A stretch of DNA of 64,000 nt, from positions 69,366 to 133,365 of the forward strand of contig JAIYDZ010000006.1 in assembly GCA_027487215.1 (NCBI GenBank), in the 5' to 3' direction. The DNA is from Pseudomonadota bacterium. GTDB lineage: Bacteria; Babelota; Babeliae; Babelales; CAIQNR01. A program made the translations under genes and the position numbers. Below are positions 1-10,446 of the stretch, in pieces (the stretch's first letter is position 1; each line of letters starts with the position of its first letter). The notes beneath the pieces are model-generated. The model was not told the DNA's origin. It saw only the letters and a list, made by a program, of their open reading frames with translations, and ran no database searches.

Positions 1-356
1 TGTGTGGCACTTACTAAATCACGTACCATAATAACGGGACTAATAAGACACACAGACTGATCAACCGTATAATCTTTTAAAAAGGGAGTAATATCTTCAC
101 CCATAAACAGCACTTTACCACCAGTTACACTACTGTACTGATAGTGCAAATGTTTTGGATCAAGACAAAAAGCAACATCTGACTCATCTGGACGAGAAAG
201 CCGCTCAAGAGTATATCCACAACGGGTTACCAACAAATAGGATACTGAACGATAAAACCATCCTGTAGGTAAATAGTGAAAACCAAGTCTATCGGCTAAA
301 GCACGAGCAACCACTGATTTACCACTCGCAATTGGACCATCGATCGTAATAATCAT
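1..356 (-). CDS. cmk: cytidylate kinase, N-terminal part (gene continues beyond the left edge)
   Basis: The gene is truncated, so it is absent from the ORF track. Minus-strand translation from ATG (356-354) gives MIITIDGPIASGKSVVARALADRLGFHYLPTGWFYRSVSYLL... This is a P-loop GPxxSGKS followed by the TGxxYR block typical of Cmk. The ATG overlaps the recJ stop (ATGA at 353-356). Confidence 0.8.
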   Translation of the reverse strand, partial: MIITIDGPIASGKSVVARALADRLGFHYLPTGWFYRSVSYLLVTRCGYTLERLSRPDESDVAFCLDPKHLHYQYSSVTGGKVLFMGEDITPFLKDYTVDQSVCLISPVIMVRDLVSAT

Positions 357-2092
357 GAATAACGTACTCCCGCAATATCAAGCCCCATTAACTCAACCGA
401 AACTCTTCCTTGCCAATGATTTTCAGAAATCTGGACTGCAACATCAAATATCGCACCTTCTTGCACCATAAGCATTTCATAAATATCAGGTCGATTAAAA
501 AATATCAGTGGTTTTACTACACCGTCTGCAAACACCGTGCATTTGACATGAGAGTCTTTAAGTAATTGTGGCTTTTGAATGACCGTCACATTTTTCAGTA
601 AAAATGCTGGCTCACTATTTTGTGCCCCAAATGGATGGAAAAACTGCATATCTTTGACCAGCTTTTGATTTACATCGGCTAAAGTCAATGTTCCATCAAG
701 ACGTAAAACCTTATGGAAATCTTCTGGTTTGAGAAACTCTCGAGTACGAGCTTCAAGATGCTCTTTTAAGAGTGCCACATTTTCAGCCGGCAAAGATAAA
801 CCAGCAGCAACTGTGTGGCCCCCAAACTGATCAATTAAATGTGAACCCGTTTGTAACGCTTCAAACATATTAAAAGCAGCAATTGAACGACAGGAACCTT
901 TTGCCTTACCGTCTTTTGTTAAATGAAACAATAAAGTAGGACGTGCGTATTCACCTACAAGACGAGACGCCACAAGCCCAATAACGCCTGTTGGCCACGC
1001 ATTACTTGCAGCAACGATCACATTCTCCTGTGAAAGATCAATTCTACCGGATTGAATAAGTGCTTGTACCTCTTCAAAAACTCCACGCTCAATTTCTTTA
1101 CGCATTTGATTAAGGTTATTAAGAATTGCTCCTACACGCTCAGTTTCAGCAACATCTGAGCCAAGGAGAAATTTAACCCCTTGCCGAGGATCTTCAAGAC
1201 GACCTAACGCATTAATTTGAGGAGCAATACGATAGCCAATATCAGTTGCACTCACTAAAGGATTAGTAACTTTTCCATGCCCTTTAAGAACATTAAAAGA
1301 AAGACTGGGTGCAGCGTTAATAGCTTGCAGCCCATGGCGCACCCAAAATCTGTTTTCACCCTGCAACGGTACCACGTCAGCAACTGTCCCCAATAACAAC
1401 AGTTCATAGGCTTTTGAAGGTAATGGCAGTCCTCGCTGTTCATACAATAATGAAAGCACTTTAAAGGTAACACCAACACCGGCAAACTCTTTAAATGGGT
1501 ACTCACACCCTTCTTGGTGAGGGTTGACCAATGAAAAAGAATCGGGGAGCTCTCCATGAGGACGGTGATGATCGGTAATAATTAAATCAACACCCAACGA
1601 TTTTGCTACGCGAGCCGGTTCAAACGCAGTCGTTCCATTATCAACAGTAATAATAACTTTATAATTATTCTGTGCAGCACGTTCAACTACTTTTGTTGAA
1701 AGACCGTATCCTTCTTTTGCCCTGTTAGGCAAATAAAAGTTAACCTGTGCGCCCAGTGGCAATAAACATGCCATCATTAATGATGAAGAGGTGATTCCAT
1801 CAACATCGTAATCACCAAAAATTAATATTTTTTCTTGTCTTTCAATGGCAAGATTGATTCGTTCTACTGACTTTAAAGCATCTTTCATGAGATGGGATGG
1901 TGATACATCCTGCTCATGCGAGCTAAATAAATAAGAATCAATCTGTGCTTTTGAACTAAACCCACGCACTAAAAGTGTATGACACAAAGGTGTTGAAAGA
2001 TTATACGCAACGGCAATATCAAGAACTTCTTGAGGCAAATACTCTGGTATGTGCCACACATATTTCGTGCCCTGAATCTTGTGTATCTCCAC
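353..2092 (-). CDS. recJ: single-stranded-DNA-specific exonuclease RecJ
   Basis: 579 aa. DHH phosphoesterase motifs (IFGDYDVDGITS, ITVDNGT, IITDHHRP) and DHHA1 block QFGGHTVAAGLS. GTG start. Confidence 0.93.
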   Translation of the reverse strand: MEIHKIQGTKYVWHIPEYLPQEVLDIAVAYNLSTPLCHTLLVRGFSSKAQIDSYLFSSHEQDVSPSHLMKDALKSVERINLAIERQEKILIFGDYDVDGITSSSLMMACLLPLGAQVNFYLPNRAKEGYGLSTKVVERAAQNNYKVIITVDNGTTAFEPARVAKSLGVDLIITDHHRPHGELPDSFSLVNPHQEGCEYPFKEFAGVGVTFKVLSLLYEQRGLPLPSKAYELLLLGTVADVVPLQGENRFWVRHGLQAINAAPSLSFNVLKGHGKVTNPLVSATDIGYRIAPQINALGRLEDPRQGVKFLLGSDVAETERVGAILNNLNQMRKEIERGVFEEVQALIQSGRIDLSQENVIVAASNAWPTGVIGLVASRLVGEYARPTLLFHLTKDGKAKGSCRSIAAFNMFEALQTGSHLIDQFGGHTVAAGLSLPAENVALLKEHLEARTREFLKPEDFHKVLRLDGTLTLADVNQKLVKDMQFFHPFGAQNSEPAFLLKNVTVIQKPQLLKDSHVKCTVFADGVVKPLIFFNRPDIYEMLMVQEGAIFDVAVQISENHWQGRVSVELMGLDIAGVRYS

Positions 2093-2126
2093 CCGTTATC
2101 ATCCCTTTACCAATACTCTAGAAAAA

Positions 2127-3626
2127 TTATTTACGCTTTAATGTTGGAAACAAAATAACGTCTTTAATAGAAGTTGTATTTGTCACAATCATGGCAAGAC
2201 GATCGATTCCTACACCACATCCAACAGTTGGAGCAAGTCCGTATTCGACAGCTTTGATAAAGTCTTCATCAAAACGCATCGCTTCATCATCACCCGCTTC
2301 ATGAGTACGTGCCTGCTGTGCAAAACGTTCACGTTGATCAAACGGTTCGTTTAACTCATTAAAACAGTTTGCAAGTTCCATGCCGGCAATAAAGAGTTCA
2401 AATCGTGCCACAAACTCTGGGTTTTCTGGATCACGTTTTGCAAGAGGAGATACCTCAACAGGGAAATCAATAAGGAATGTTGGCTGAATTAAATGTTTCT
2501 CAACTACTTCATCAAAAAGTAAGAACAGTTTTTGTCCCCATGAAACATCTTTGACAACTAATTTAGCACCACACTTTTTAAGTGTTGCATCAATCGCTTC
2601 TGGAGAAATTTCAGCGGGAGTAAGTTTACCGTACTTAATAATGGCATTGTATAAACTGATACGTTCAAATGGTTTTGAAAAATCGAGTGTATAGTCACCG
2701 TAAGTAAGTTCAAGAGACCCACCAGCTTGTTTAATTACCGTTCTGAACATGTCCTCAATAAGATCCATAGTAAAATGGTAATCTTCATGAGCCATATAAA
2801 ACTCAAGCATAGTAAATTCAGGATTATGACGTGTTGAAACCCCTTCATTTCTGAAATTACGATTGATTTCATACACACGTTCAAATCCACCAATAACTAA
2901 TCGTTTAAGATAAAGCTCTGGTGCAATACGCAAAAACAGCTCTGTTCCTAATGCATTGTGATGCGTAACAAATGGTTTTGCAGCTGCACCACCCGGAATT
3001 GGATGAAGCATAGGAGTTTCAACTTCAATAAAATCGAGCGCTTCAAGATAGTGCCTAATACCACTAATCATCTTTGAACGAGCAGTAAATTTCTGACGGC
3101 TTTCTGCACTGCTAATTAAATCAAGGTATCGTTGGCGATACTTGATCTCCACATCAGCAATCCCATGGAATTTTTCAGGCAGTGGATGTAAACATTTACT
3201 GAGCAGCGTAAATTCATCAACTCTTACGGTGACCTCACCGGTTTTAGTTAAAAAAAGAGTTCCACGAACCCACACAATATCACCAAGATCAATTAACTCT
3301 TGAAAGATTTTAAAAGAAGCTCCCAAAATGTCTTCTTTAAAATAAAGTTGTATTTGACCAGAGCGATCTTGCAACTTTGCAAACGAAGTTTTTCCATGTC
3401 CACGAACAGCAACAAGTCTTCCTGCAAGAGTATATTCTTTCTGTTCTTCATTTTTAAATTCATCAAGAATAGCTTTTGCTGTGGCACTGACCGGCTTTTT
3501 TGCTGGCCAGGGCTCAATACCTTGTGAGCGTAGCTGTGCTACTTTCTTGACGCGAATCTCATGTTCGCCAGAAGACGAATGTTCTAACTCTTGTTCTCTT
3601 ACGTTTGTGTTCATGAATCTATCCAC
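2127..3626 (-). CDS. lysS: lysine--tRNA ligase, class II
   Basis: 499 aa. OB-fold N-domain, class-II motif 2 [20 protein letters not shown] and motif 3 [13 protein letters not shown]. The ORF-track start is GTG; ATG at 3614 is an alternative. Confidence 0.95.
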   Translation of the reverse strand: MDRFMNTNVREQELEHSSSGEHEIRVKKVAQLRSQGIEPWPAKKPVSATAKAILDEFKNEEQKEYTLAGRLVAVRGHGKTSFAKLQDRSGQIQLYFKEDILGASFKIFQELIDLGDIVWVRGTLFLTKTGEVTVRVDEFTLLSKCLHPLPEKFHGIADVEIKYRQRYLDLISSAESRQKFTARSKMISGIRHYLEALDFIEVETPMLHPIPGGAAAKPFVTHHNALGTELFLRIAPELYLKRLVIGGFERVYEINRNFRNEGVSTRHNPEFTMLEFYMAHEDYHFTMDLIEDMFRTVIKQAGGSLELTYGDYTLDFSKPFERISLYNAIIKYGKLTPAEISPEAIDATLKKCGAKLVVKDVSWGQKLFLLFDEVVEKHLIQPTFLIDFPVEVSPLAKRDPENPEFVARFELFIAGMELANCFNELNEPFDQRERFAQQARTHEAGDDEAMRFDEDFIKAVEYGLAPTVGCGVGIDRLAMIVTNTTSIKDVILFPTLKRK

Positions 3627-3691
3627 CGCTTATTTAAAGCATTATTTCTTTGTCTCGGACAGTATACCGATTTGATTAAATCTTGGCTAAT

Positions 3692-4918
3692 TTACACCCA
3701 ACTTAGCTGCTCATAAGGCGACTTATTACCTTCACTACTTTTAACTAAGTCCGATCTTTCTTTAGAATCATCACCTAGCTCATCAATAGTGATGATAGGA
3801 AGTCCCTTAGAACCACCAAGACTGTAATCAGAGTTAACGGGAGAAAGAAAATAAGGAGTCGGCAAACCACTGCATGCATTTGATCGCCTTCTTCCTTTTT
3901 TGGTAAAAGTTTTGGGGACAAATAGTTTACCAGTGAGCGCTTTATGATGTTTTAAAATTAAAGCCTTATGATCTTGATCAATAAGATATGCAATATGCCC
4001 TTTTAGTGAATATTCATGATCTTTTTCAAAAATTGATTTCAAAGATTTCTGTCCGCCTGTTTCAAAAATTCCAAGCCCACATCGTTTAACCCAATAAACA
4101 AATGCACCAGCAAGCCCAAGAGCCTTTTTCCTTTTATGCAATGCACTTTGAAGTTCTTCAATCTTCACTATTTTAAAGCTTGAAGGGCATAGCTTTAAAA
4201 CTTCTAAGTTGTCATCCGATAAATCAAAAGAATTAATAGTATACTGATTATCCTCGTAACTTAAACCAATAGAATTGAGTGATTCAATAAGAAAATGGCC
4301 ATAGCTCATTTCTTGAGTCTTTTGACCATCAAATCTTTTAACTGAGCGACTTTTAAGCAATAAAGGCAATGAAAAACAGCGAGAAAGTTCTGTCTTTGTT
4401 TTGGCATAAAACCACAAAGGCATTCCTTTAAGTAGCTCAATGGACCTATCATGGACCTCATCAGATGAAAATCCAACAAATAGACTCTCTAAAGTATTAA
4501 AACCCAATAAAATAGGCTGTTCAGAAATTTCTTGAGCCCGCTCTTTCCATCCTGCTTGCCCCTCACAAATAGTCTGAACATACTCTAACTGCAGCTGCGC
4601 AATCTTTTGATATCGTTGCTTTGCTTGATGCTCTCCATACTTTTTATGTTGTTCACAACTGAGAATCTCTCCAGCTTTAACGTTCTTTAAAAGAAGCGCT
4701 AACTCTAATTCTTGTGATTCTTCTGGAAACTTATGACGAGCCTCTAACAGATCAATCGGGCTCTCTATCGTTTGACTATGATTAAGACATTTAAAAGAAG
4801 TTACTGGATCTAACTTTTTTAATGTTTTTTGAGAAAAATTTTCAGAACTGTATAAAAACGAGGCGGTGAAAAAAAAAGTGGTAGTGATAGCTTGTCCTAG
4901 AAATGTCCCTAAGCGCAT
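3692..4918 (-). CDS. hypothetical protein with N-terminal signal/TM segment
   Basis: 408-aa uninterrupted ORF co-directional with its neighbours. Hydrophobic N-terminus (FLGQAITTTFFFTASFLYS). No motif I recognise. Confidence 0.6.
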   Translation of the reverse strand: MRLGTFLGQAITTTFFFTASFLYSSENFSQKTLKKLDPVTSFKCLNHSQTIESPIDLLEARHKFPEESQELELALLLKNVKAGEILSCEQHKKYGEHQAKQRYQKIAQLQLEYVQTICEGQAGWKERAQEISEQPILLGFNTLESLFVGFSSDEVHDRSIELLKGMPLWFYAKTKTELSRCFSLPLLLKSRSVKRFDGQKTQEMSYGHFLIESLNSIGLSYEDNQYTINSFDLSDDNLEVLKLCPSSFKIVKIEELQSALHKRKKALGLAGAFVYWVKRCGLGIFETGGQKSLKSIFEKDHEYSLKGHIAYLIDQDHKALILKHHKALTGKLFVPKTFTKKGRRRSNACSGLPTPYFLSPVNSDYSLGGSKGLPIITIDELGDDSKERSDLVKSSEGNKSPYEQLSWV

Positions 4919-4943
4919 TAATTCCCCTAAGCTTGTATAGATA

Positions 4944-5549
4944 TTATAGTCGCTCGAATTGTTCTTGGGTAAAATTCCAATTTACCACGTTCCACCAGGC
5001 AGAAATGTAATCCTGGCGACGATTAAAATATTGTAGATAATACGCATGTTCCCAGACATCAAGACCTAACAAAGGCACACATCCGACTGAATGGGGCGTA
5101 TCTTGGTTAGCCGTTGAAGTAATAGCAAGATCGCCTTTTTGGTCAACTACCAGCCATGCCCAGCCGCTTCCAAAGCGAGTGCGCGCAGCAGTTTCAAATT
5201 GTTGCTTAAAAGCATCAAAAGAACCAAATCGCTGTTTGATTGAATCAGCTAAAGGTCCTTGTGGAATGCCTCCAGCCTTGGCTGCCATACTGTGCCAAAA
5301 GAAGGTATGATTTTCAACACCACCGCCATGATTACGGACAGCAGTTCTGATATCTTCTGGAAGAGCATCGAGGTTACTTAAAAGTTCTAGTAACGATTTT
5401 TGATAAAGAAGTGGATGTTTTTGAAGCGCTGCATTAAGACCGTCAACATATGTTTGGTGATGTTTTGCATGATGCAGTTCCATAATTTGTGCTTCAATAA
5501 AAGGCTCAAGAGCACCGTATGAATAAGGCAAGGAAGGTAATACGTACAT
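4944..5549 (-). CDS. sodA: Fe/Mn-family superoxide dismutase
   Basis: 201 aa. [12 protein letters not shown] start and metal-ligand blocks [10 protein letters not shown] and [11 protein letters not shown]. Fe versus Mn specificity cannot be decided by eye. Confidence 0.93.
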   Translation of the reverse strand: MYVLPSLPYSYGALEPFIEAQIMELHHAKHHQTYVDGLNAALQKHPLLYQKSLLELLSNLDALPEDIRTAVRNHGGGVENHTFFWHSMAAKAGGIPQGPLADSIKQRFGSFDAFKQQFETAARTRFGSGWAWLVVDQKGDLAITSTANQDTPHSVGCVPLLGLDVWEHAYYLQYFNRRQDYISAWWNVVNWNFTQEQFERL

Positions 5550-5930
5550 AATTTTTCCCTTTACAATAAATAATTATCGTGAAGAAATTATGACACATTA
5601 CCTATTTTTTACCACCATCACGTTAAAAGTAACTATTCATGAGCCTTTTAAAGCCTCATTCAAACTTAAAAAGAAAACTTTATTCTAAATCAATTCTTAA
5701 CTTAGATCTTATTGCTTGCTCTTTTTGAATTTGAACAGCATTGGTAGAATTAATGATTGTAGGAGTTTCACACTCAGAGCAGGTTAAAACATTAATAAAA
5801 CCTTAACTACTCATACATCACAACTGCCCTTTTAACTAACTCTTAATAACTAAAAAAATAACACACCACTTAAGCTTTTTTCAAAAAAATCCTTAATATA
5901 AGACTACTTTAAAGAATTTTCAAAGTGCTT

Positions 5931-6212
5931 TTAGATAGTCAAATAAATTATATCCCCTTTGCGAGCCATCTGAAGCTGCTCTCGTGCCACTTTTTCTTTA
6001 TAAAAAGGATTGGTTTGCCATGCAAGAACAGTGTCTTCCAGGTTTTTTATTTCATCTTCAAGCGCTTTATTTTCCAGAATGGACAGAGCGGTATGTTTAT
6101 GGAGCGCTCTAATACCTCGAATTCCTTGGCCCCCAAAAAAATAAAACCCGCTAAATATTACCACCTCAATACCAAAAAACACACGTAGCAACAGACGCCT
6201 TGTAAGGATCAC
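5931..6212 (-). CDS. ftsB: FtsB/DivIC-type septum formation initiator
   Basis: 93 aa. N-terminal TM helix, coiled coil (LENKALEDEIKNLEDTV) and C-terminal KEKVAREQLQMARKGDIIY block typical of the family. GTG start preceded by AGGAAAGGA. Confidence 0.7.
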   Translation of the reverse strand: MILTRRLLLRVFFGIEVVIFSGFYFFGGQGIRGIRALHKHTALSILENKALEDEIKNLEDTVLAWQTNPFYKEKVAREQLQMARKGDIIYLTI

Positions 6213-6307
6213 GAGCTTTCCTTTCCTATTAAAATCTTCACTTAATTTATTACAAATGATTACCGTTAACCTTACGGTATGTTTATTTTTAAAGGAAGAA
6301 TATCACT

Positions 6308-7759
6308 ATGAAACAGCGCATAGCACTACTTTTTGCTGCACTTATGTGCACTTCGCTTTTTGGATTAAAAAAAATTGATGATGCCAAAAGCGTACAATAC
6401 GACAATTGGATCCATACGCTTGCTGAAATTATTCAAATTTTTGAAGCACGCTATTACGGCACCATTGATGCTGAAGCGTCCATGTCAAAAGCAATTCAAG
6501 GATTTACTCAACAAGACCCACACACTGGGTATCTGGAAAAAAAAGTTTTTAAAGATCTGAGTGAAAAAATGCAGGGCGAATTTTATGGAATAGGTATTGT
6601 ACTGCCTGGTGATAAAAAACAGGAAGAGGAGTTTTTCCCTGTTATTGAAACAGTCCCTGGCGGACCTGCAGAAAAAGCGGGTGTCAAACCAGGCGACAAG
6701 ATCATCCAAATTGATAGTGAACTAGTTAAAGGTCTTGAAATTGATGAAATTATGGCACATTTAAAAGGTGAAAAACATACCAACGTCACGGTAAAAATAC
6801 TACGCGATAAATATCCAGAACCTTTAACCATTACAGTGACACGTGATGTAATAAAAGATGAAATGGCACTTGCCTACCACTTTCCAGAACATAACGTACA
6901 CTATCTGCTCCTTTCTATTTTTAGTGAAAAATCTGGTAAACATGTTGAAACCATTATTACCAAAGCACTTGAAGAAAAAAGTAACGGTATCATCCTTGAT
7001 TTACGTAACAACACAGGCGGGCTTTTTGACAGCGCAATAGATATTGCTGGTCTCTTTTTGCCAAAAGGAACACCTGTAGCTTCAATGAAACAACAAGGTG
7101 GACACGTAACAGGAACTTTTAAAACAAACCGCACTCCGCTCGTAATTCCCAAAACACTTCCTATCATCATTATTGTCAATAACTACACTGCTTCAGCGAG
7201 TGAAATCTTGGCTGGAACCTTACAAATCTATGCGACAAAAAAGAATCTTCTTTCAGTCTTTGTTATAGGCGATGAAACATTTGGAAAAGGTTCAGTACAA
7301 GAAGTTATTCCACTGAGCAATGAAAGCGCTTTAAAACTCACTACCGGTCTTTATTTCCTTCCATTTGAAACCTCTATCCAAGGAAAAGGTGTTATTCCTG
7401 ATTTTAAACTTGAATACCGCACTCCCCCAAGTGAAACGGTTAAATGGATGACCTCAAGCTATGGTAAAGAAAGTGCACTTAAAGGAAGTATTAAACCTCA
7501 GACCGCTCAAGAAAAACCGGATGCTCAAAACAATAAAGAAAAACCAGTAAAAGAAGAAGATAAGCCTTGGAAAGAGCGCAGAAAAGATATCCTGGCACAG
7601 GACTATTTTGTGCAAAATGCAATTAACTTGATCAATGCACACAAAACAGGGCTCGCAGCTTATCCTAAAAAATTCGGCACACGCAACAGTGCTCTTGAGT
7701 TCTTGAAAAGCAATTATGTGATAGATAAACAGTTGACGCTTTCAGATATCAAATTGTAA
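6308..7759 (+). CDS. ctp: C-terminal processing peptidase (S41 family, PDZ-containing)
   Basis: 483 aa. Signal peptide, PDZ (GIGIVL...GGPAEKAGVKPGDKIIQID), catalytic Ser block NNYTASASEILAG and Lys block ETFGKGSVQ. Confidence 0.9.
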   Translation: MKQRIALLFAALMCTSLFGLKKIDDAKSVQYDNWIHTLAEIIQIFEARYYGTIDAEASMSKAIQGFTQQDPHTGYLEKKVFKDLSEKMQGEFYGIGIVLPGDKKQEEEFFPVIETVPGGPAEKAGVKPGDKIIQIDSELVKGLEIDEIMAHLKGEKHTNVTVKILRDKYPEPLTITVTRDVIKDEMALAYHFPEHNVHYLLLSIFSEKSGKHVETIITKALEEKSNGIILDLRNNTGGLFDSAIDIAGLFLPKGTPVASMKQQGGHVTGTFKTNRTPLVIPKTLPIIIIVNNYTASASEILAGTLQIYATKKNLLSVFVIGDETFGKGSVQEVIPLSNESALKLTTGLYFLPFETSIQGKGVIPDFKLEYRTPPSETVKWMTSSYGKESALKGSIKPQTAQEKPDAQNNKEKPVKEEDKPWKERRKDILAQDYFVQNAINLINAHKTGLAAYPKKFGTRNSALEFLKSNYVIDKQLTLSDIKL

Positions 7760-7844
7760 TAAAGGCAGGATACCAAACTACTTCTTTTGACAGAAAAAAA
7801 GAAAAAGCAGATACTGTAGGATATACTCATCAGTAAAGGAATAT

Positions 7845-7985
7845 ATGAGGCATAAGCATAGACGGCTTCTCTCTAACATATTCGTGTCTGTTTTCTTCTT
7901 TGCATTTATCTTTATTTTGACCGAACGACATCCTCCACGAGGATACGCTACATATCCGTCTGTAGCACACTCTGAATCTAAGTAA
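7845..7985 (+). CDS. possible small membrane protein (46 aa)
   Basis: Below the ORF-track size cut-off. ATG 7845 follows AAAGGA. Product is MRHKHRRLLSNIFVSVFFFAFIFILTERHPPRGYATYPSVAHSESK, with one TM helix. The stop abuts the terminator hairpin. There is no homology support. Confidence 0.2.
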   Translation: MRHKHRRLLSNIFVSVFFFAFIFILTERHPPRGYATYPSVAHSESK

Positions 7986-8024
7986 AAAAAAGAGGAACCA
8001 AATTAATCGGTTCCTCTTTTTTTA
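7984..8024. terminator. bidirectional rho-independent terminator between convergent ctp and the RRM gene
   Basis: Perfect 9-bp stem AGAGGAACC (7991-7999) / GGTTCCTCT (8009-8017) with a 9-nt loop. An A-run lies 5' and a T-run 3', so a U-tail follows the hairpin on both strands. Confidence 0.8.
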
Positions 8025-8061
8025 TGTTTTCACACAAAAATCAAAGTCTTAGGTAATTAGC

Positions 8062-8397
8062 TTACCAACGACGGCTTCCGCCATTGCTGTTGCCACCACC
8101 GAAAGATCTGCCGCCGTTGCCGCCGCCGTTGCTACGTGGAGCTGGACGGTCTTGACGTGGACGAGCTTCACTTACAGTCATTGTACGACCATCAAGATCA
8201 GAGCTGTTCAATTTTTCAATTGCAGCATTTGCATCATTTTGATCCACCATTTCAACAAATCCAAAGCCTTTAGAACGACCTGTTTCTCTGTCTTTTACAA
8301 TGTTAACAGATTCAACAGCGCCGAACTCTTCGAATTTTTGGCGAAGTCTGTCTTCTGTTGTACCGTAGCTAAGATTACCTACGTATAGCTTTGTCAT
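8062..8397 (-). CDS. RRM-type RNA-binding protein with Gly-rich tail
   Basis: 111 aa. RNP2 LYVGNL, RNP1 KGFGFVEM, and a C-terminal G/R/N/S-rich tail. Confidence 0.9.
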   Translation of the reverse strand: MTKLYVGNLSYGTTEDRLRQKFEEFGAVESVNIVKDRETGRSKGFGFVEMVDQNDANAAIEKLNSSDLDGRTMTVSEARPRQDRPAPRSNGGGNGGRSFGGGNSNGGSRRW

Positions 8398-8522
8398 AAA
8401 CGTTCCTTTACTGGTCGATCTAACGACCTCATTATACTAGTCTAGTAAAATACGCTCTTACCAGACGTTATTCATTTCAAAGTATCTAAAATTCACACAA
8501 AAGACAACCGCCCCCTTGCAAT

Positions 8523-10370
8523 TCATTCAACTGTAACCGACTTTGCAAGATTACGAGGCTTATCTATGGATCTCCCACAGGCATTGGCAATTGCATAGCA
8601 GAAAAACTGCATCAAGCCTGCCATCACCAAAGGAGCCAACAGAGGTGCACTTTGTGGCACTACAAACGCTCTATCAGCAGCAGCAATAAGCTCATACTGC
8701 CCTTCCAGAGCAAACGCAATGACGTGCCCGTCACGCGCTTTTACTTCCTGCACATTAGCAAGCAATTTGTGATATATCACCGGATCACTATGCGAGAATA
8801 CCACCACAGGAACAACTTTTTCTACCAGGGCCAATGGGCCATGTTTAAGCTCTCCTGCCGGGTATGCTTGTGCAAAAATGTAAGAAATTTCTTTAAGTTT
8901 TAACGCTGCTTCAAGCGCAAACGGATAACTAATATGACGCCCCAAGAAAATATAGCGATTAAAAGCACTATAGATCGGCGCGTCTTGCGCGATTACTTCA
9001 TGCTTGTACTCTTCAAGCGTTGCTTCAAGCAGCTCCCCCGCTGTGAGCAATTCTCGCTCAGCTTGAATGAGTTGCTTTTGATCAATACGGCCTTTAATTT
9101 GAGCAACGTAATGAGCAAGCCAATACAATGAGGTAAGTTGCGTACTAAATGCTTTCGTTGAAGCTACGGCAATTTCTGGGCCTGCTTGAGTCAACCAGAA
9201 TCCTTGACATTCACGGACCAACGAGCTTGAAGCAACATTGGTCAATGCAACAGTAGACAAACCATGACTGTTAATCATGCGAATTGTTTCAAGAACATCG
9301 GCAGTCTCACCCGACTGTGATATAGCAATATACAGTGCCTTTGGATGAGGAAAAAAGGTACGATGACGAAATTCTGAAGCAAGAACCGCTGCTGCAGGAA
9401 CACCGGTTACCGATTCAAAGAAAAACTCTGCAATCCTACCCGCATGCCATGACGTACCACACCCAATAAGGTATATTTTTTCTACGTCACGTAAAAAATC
9501 TTGTGTAACGCCCAACGTCTCTTCTACCTGTCCCTTTTTCATGGACTGATAAAAATGAACCGTACGGGCTATTGCTTGTTTTTGTTCATACATTTCTTTG
9601 AGCATAAAATGTTCATGCTCACCCTTTTCAACCGCAATCCACTCAGCCTCAAGCTGCTCTATAGGTGTTTGGACGGCCATGCCTTCTCTATCATATAAAA
9701 CGAACGAGTCTTTTGACACGACGCCACAGGTACGCTCTGGAACAAATGCTACATACTCAACCTGCTGCGCAAAGGCAAGCGGATCTGATGCGACAAACAT
9801 TTCTTCCTTACCCACTCCAATACAAAGCGGAGAGCCTCTGCGTGCAACAAATAAGATATCAGGATATTCAAGGGAGATAATGACAAACGCGTATGCACCC
9901 TTTAACTGCCCTACCATACGGATGAAGGCTTCGTGCGTATCAGACGCACCGGTTACATACTGCTCAAAAAGATGTGCTAAAACTTCTGAATCTGTATCAG
10001 ACACAAAAAGATGTCCCTGCAAAACAAGAACATCTTTAAGATCTTGAAAGTTCTCTATAATTCCATTGTGAACGACAGCAATACGTTTTGTACAATCAAG
10101 GTGCGGATGCGCATTTTCCTTGGTAGCTTGCCCATGAGTAGCCCATCTGGTATGACCAACTGCAACGTATCCATCGATACCTGCATCTGCTATTTGTGCT
10201 TCAAGTTGTTTGACAGAACCTACTGCTTTTTGAACAGAAAGAGATCGGTCAGAACTATTAACACACGCAAACCCTGCAGAGTCATAACCTCGATACTCAA
10301 GTCTTTTTAGACCTTCAAGCACAAGAGGACAACTCAGTCGCTTACCCACATAACCAATTACACTACACAT
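8523..10370 (-). CDS. glmS: glutamine--fructose-6-phosphate aminotransferase
   Basis: 615 aa. Catalytic Cys2 start MCSVIGYVG, two SIS domains (GCGTSWHAG, ISQSGETADV) and C-terminal KPRNLAKSVTVE. Confidence 0.95.
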   Translation of the reverse strand: MCSVIGYVGKRLSCPLVLEGLKRLEYRGYDSAGFACVNSSDRSLSVQKAVGSVKQLEAQIADAGIDGYVAVGHTRWATHGQATKENAHPHLDCTKRIAVVHNGIIENFQDLKDVLVLQGHLFVSDTDSEVLAHLFEQYVTGASDTHEAFIRMVGQLKGAYAFVIISLEYPDILFVARRGSPLCIGVGKEEMFVASDPLAFAQQVEYVAFVPERTCGVVSKDSFVLYDREGMAVQTPIEQLEAEWIAVEKGEHEHFMLKEMYEQKQAIARTVHFYQSMKKGQVEETLGVTQDFLRDVEKIYLIGCGTSWHAGRIAEFFFESVTGVPAAAVLASEFRHRTFFPHPKALYIAISQSGETADVLETIRMINSHGLSTVALTNVASSSLVRECQGFWLTQAGPEIAVASTKAFSTQLTSLYWLAHYVAQIKGRIDQKQLIQAERELLTAGELLEATLEEYKHEVIAQDAPIYSAFNRYIFLGRHISYPFALEAALKLKEISYIFAQAYPAGELKHGPLALVEKVVPVVVFSHSDPVIYHKLLANVQEVKARDGHVIAFALEGQYELIAAADRAFVVPQSAPLLAPLVMAGLMQFFCYAIANACGRSIDKPRNLAKSVTVE

Positions 10371-10446
10371 GACAAAACTTCTAATCCTCTCAACCCAACC
10401 CCTCTAGAAAAAGAGGATATGCAATCGCTGTAATTCTTGTGGAATA

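Noticed and set aside
8413-8436. Minus-strand TATAAT (8436-8431) plus 5-bp hairpin GGTCG/CGACC in the leader of the RRM gene, as a promoter or cold-responsive 5' UTR
   Set aside because: There is no acceptable -35 at 16-18 nt and the stem is very short. TATAAT-like hexamers are frequent in this AT-rich DNA. The support is too weak to annotate.
9598-10047. 149-aa plus-strand ORF, plus several 60-100-aa ORFs on the plus strand between 8652 and 10310
   Set aside because: They lie entirely antisense to the well-supported glmS gene, have Ser/Cys/Thr-rich nonsense-like composition and lack an SD. They are shadow ORFs.
10371-10446. glmS ribozyme upstream of glmS
   Set aside because: Only 76 nt separate glmS from the rpsI stop, far less than the ribozyme needs. 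No conserved core was seen.
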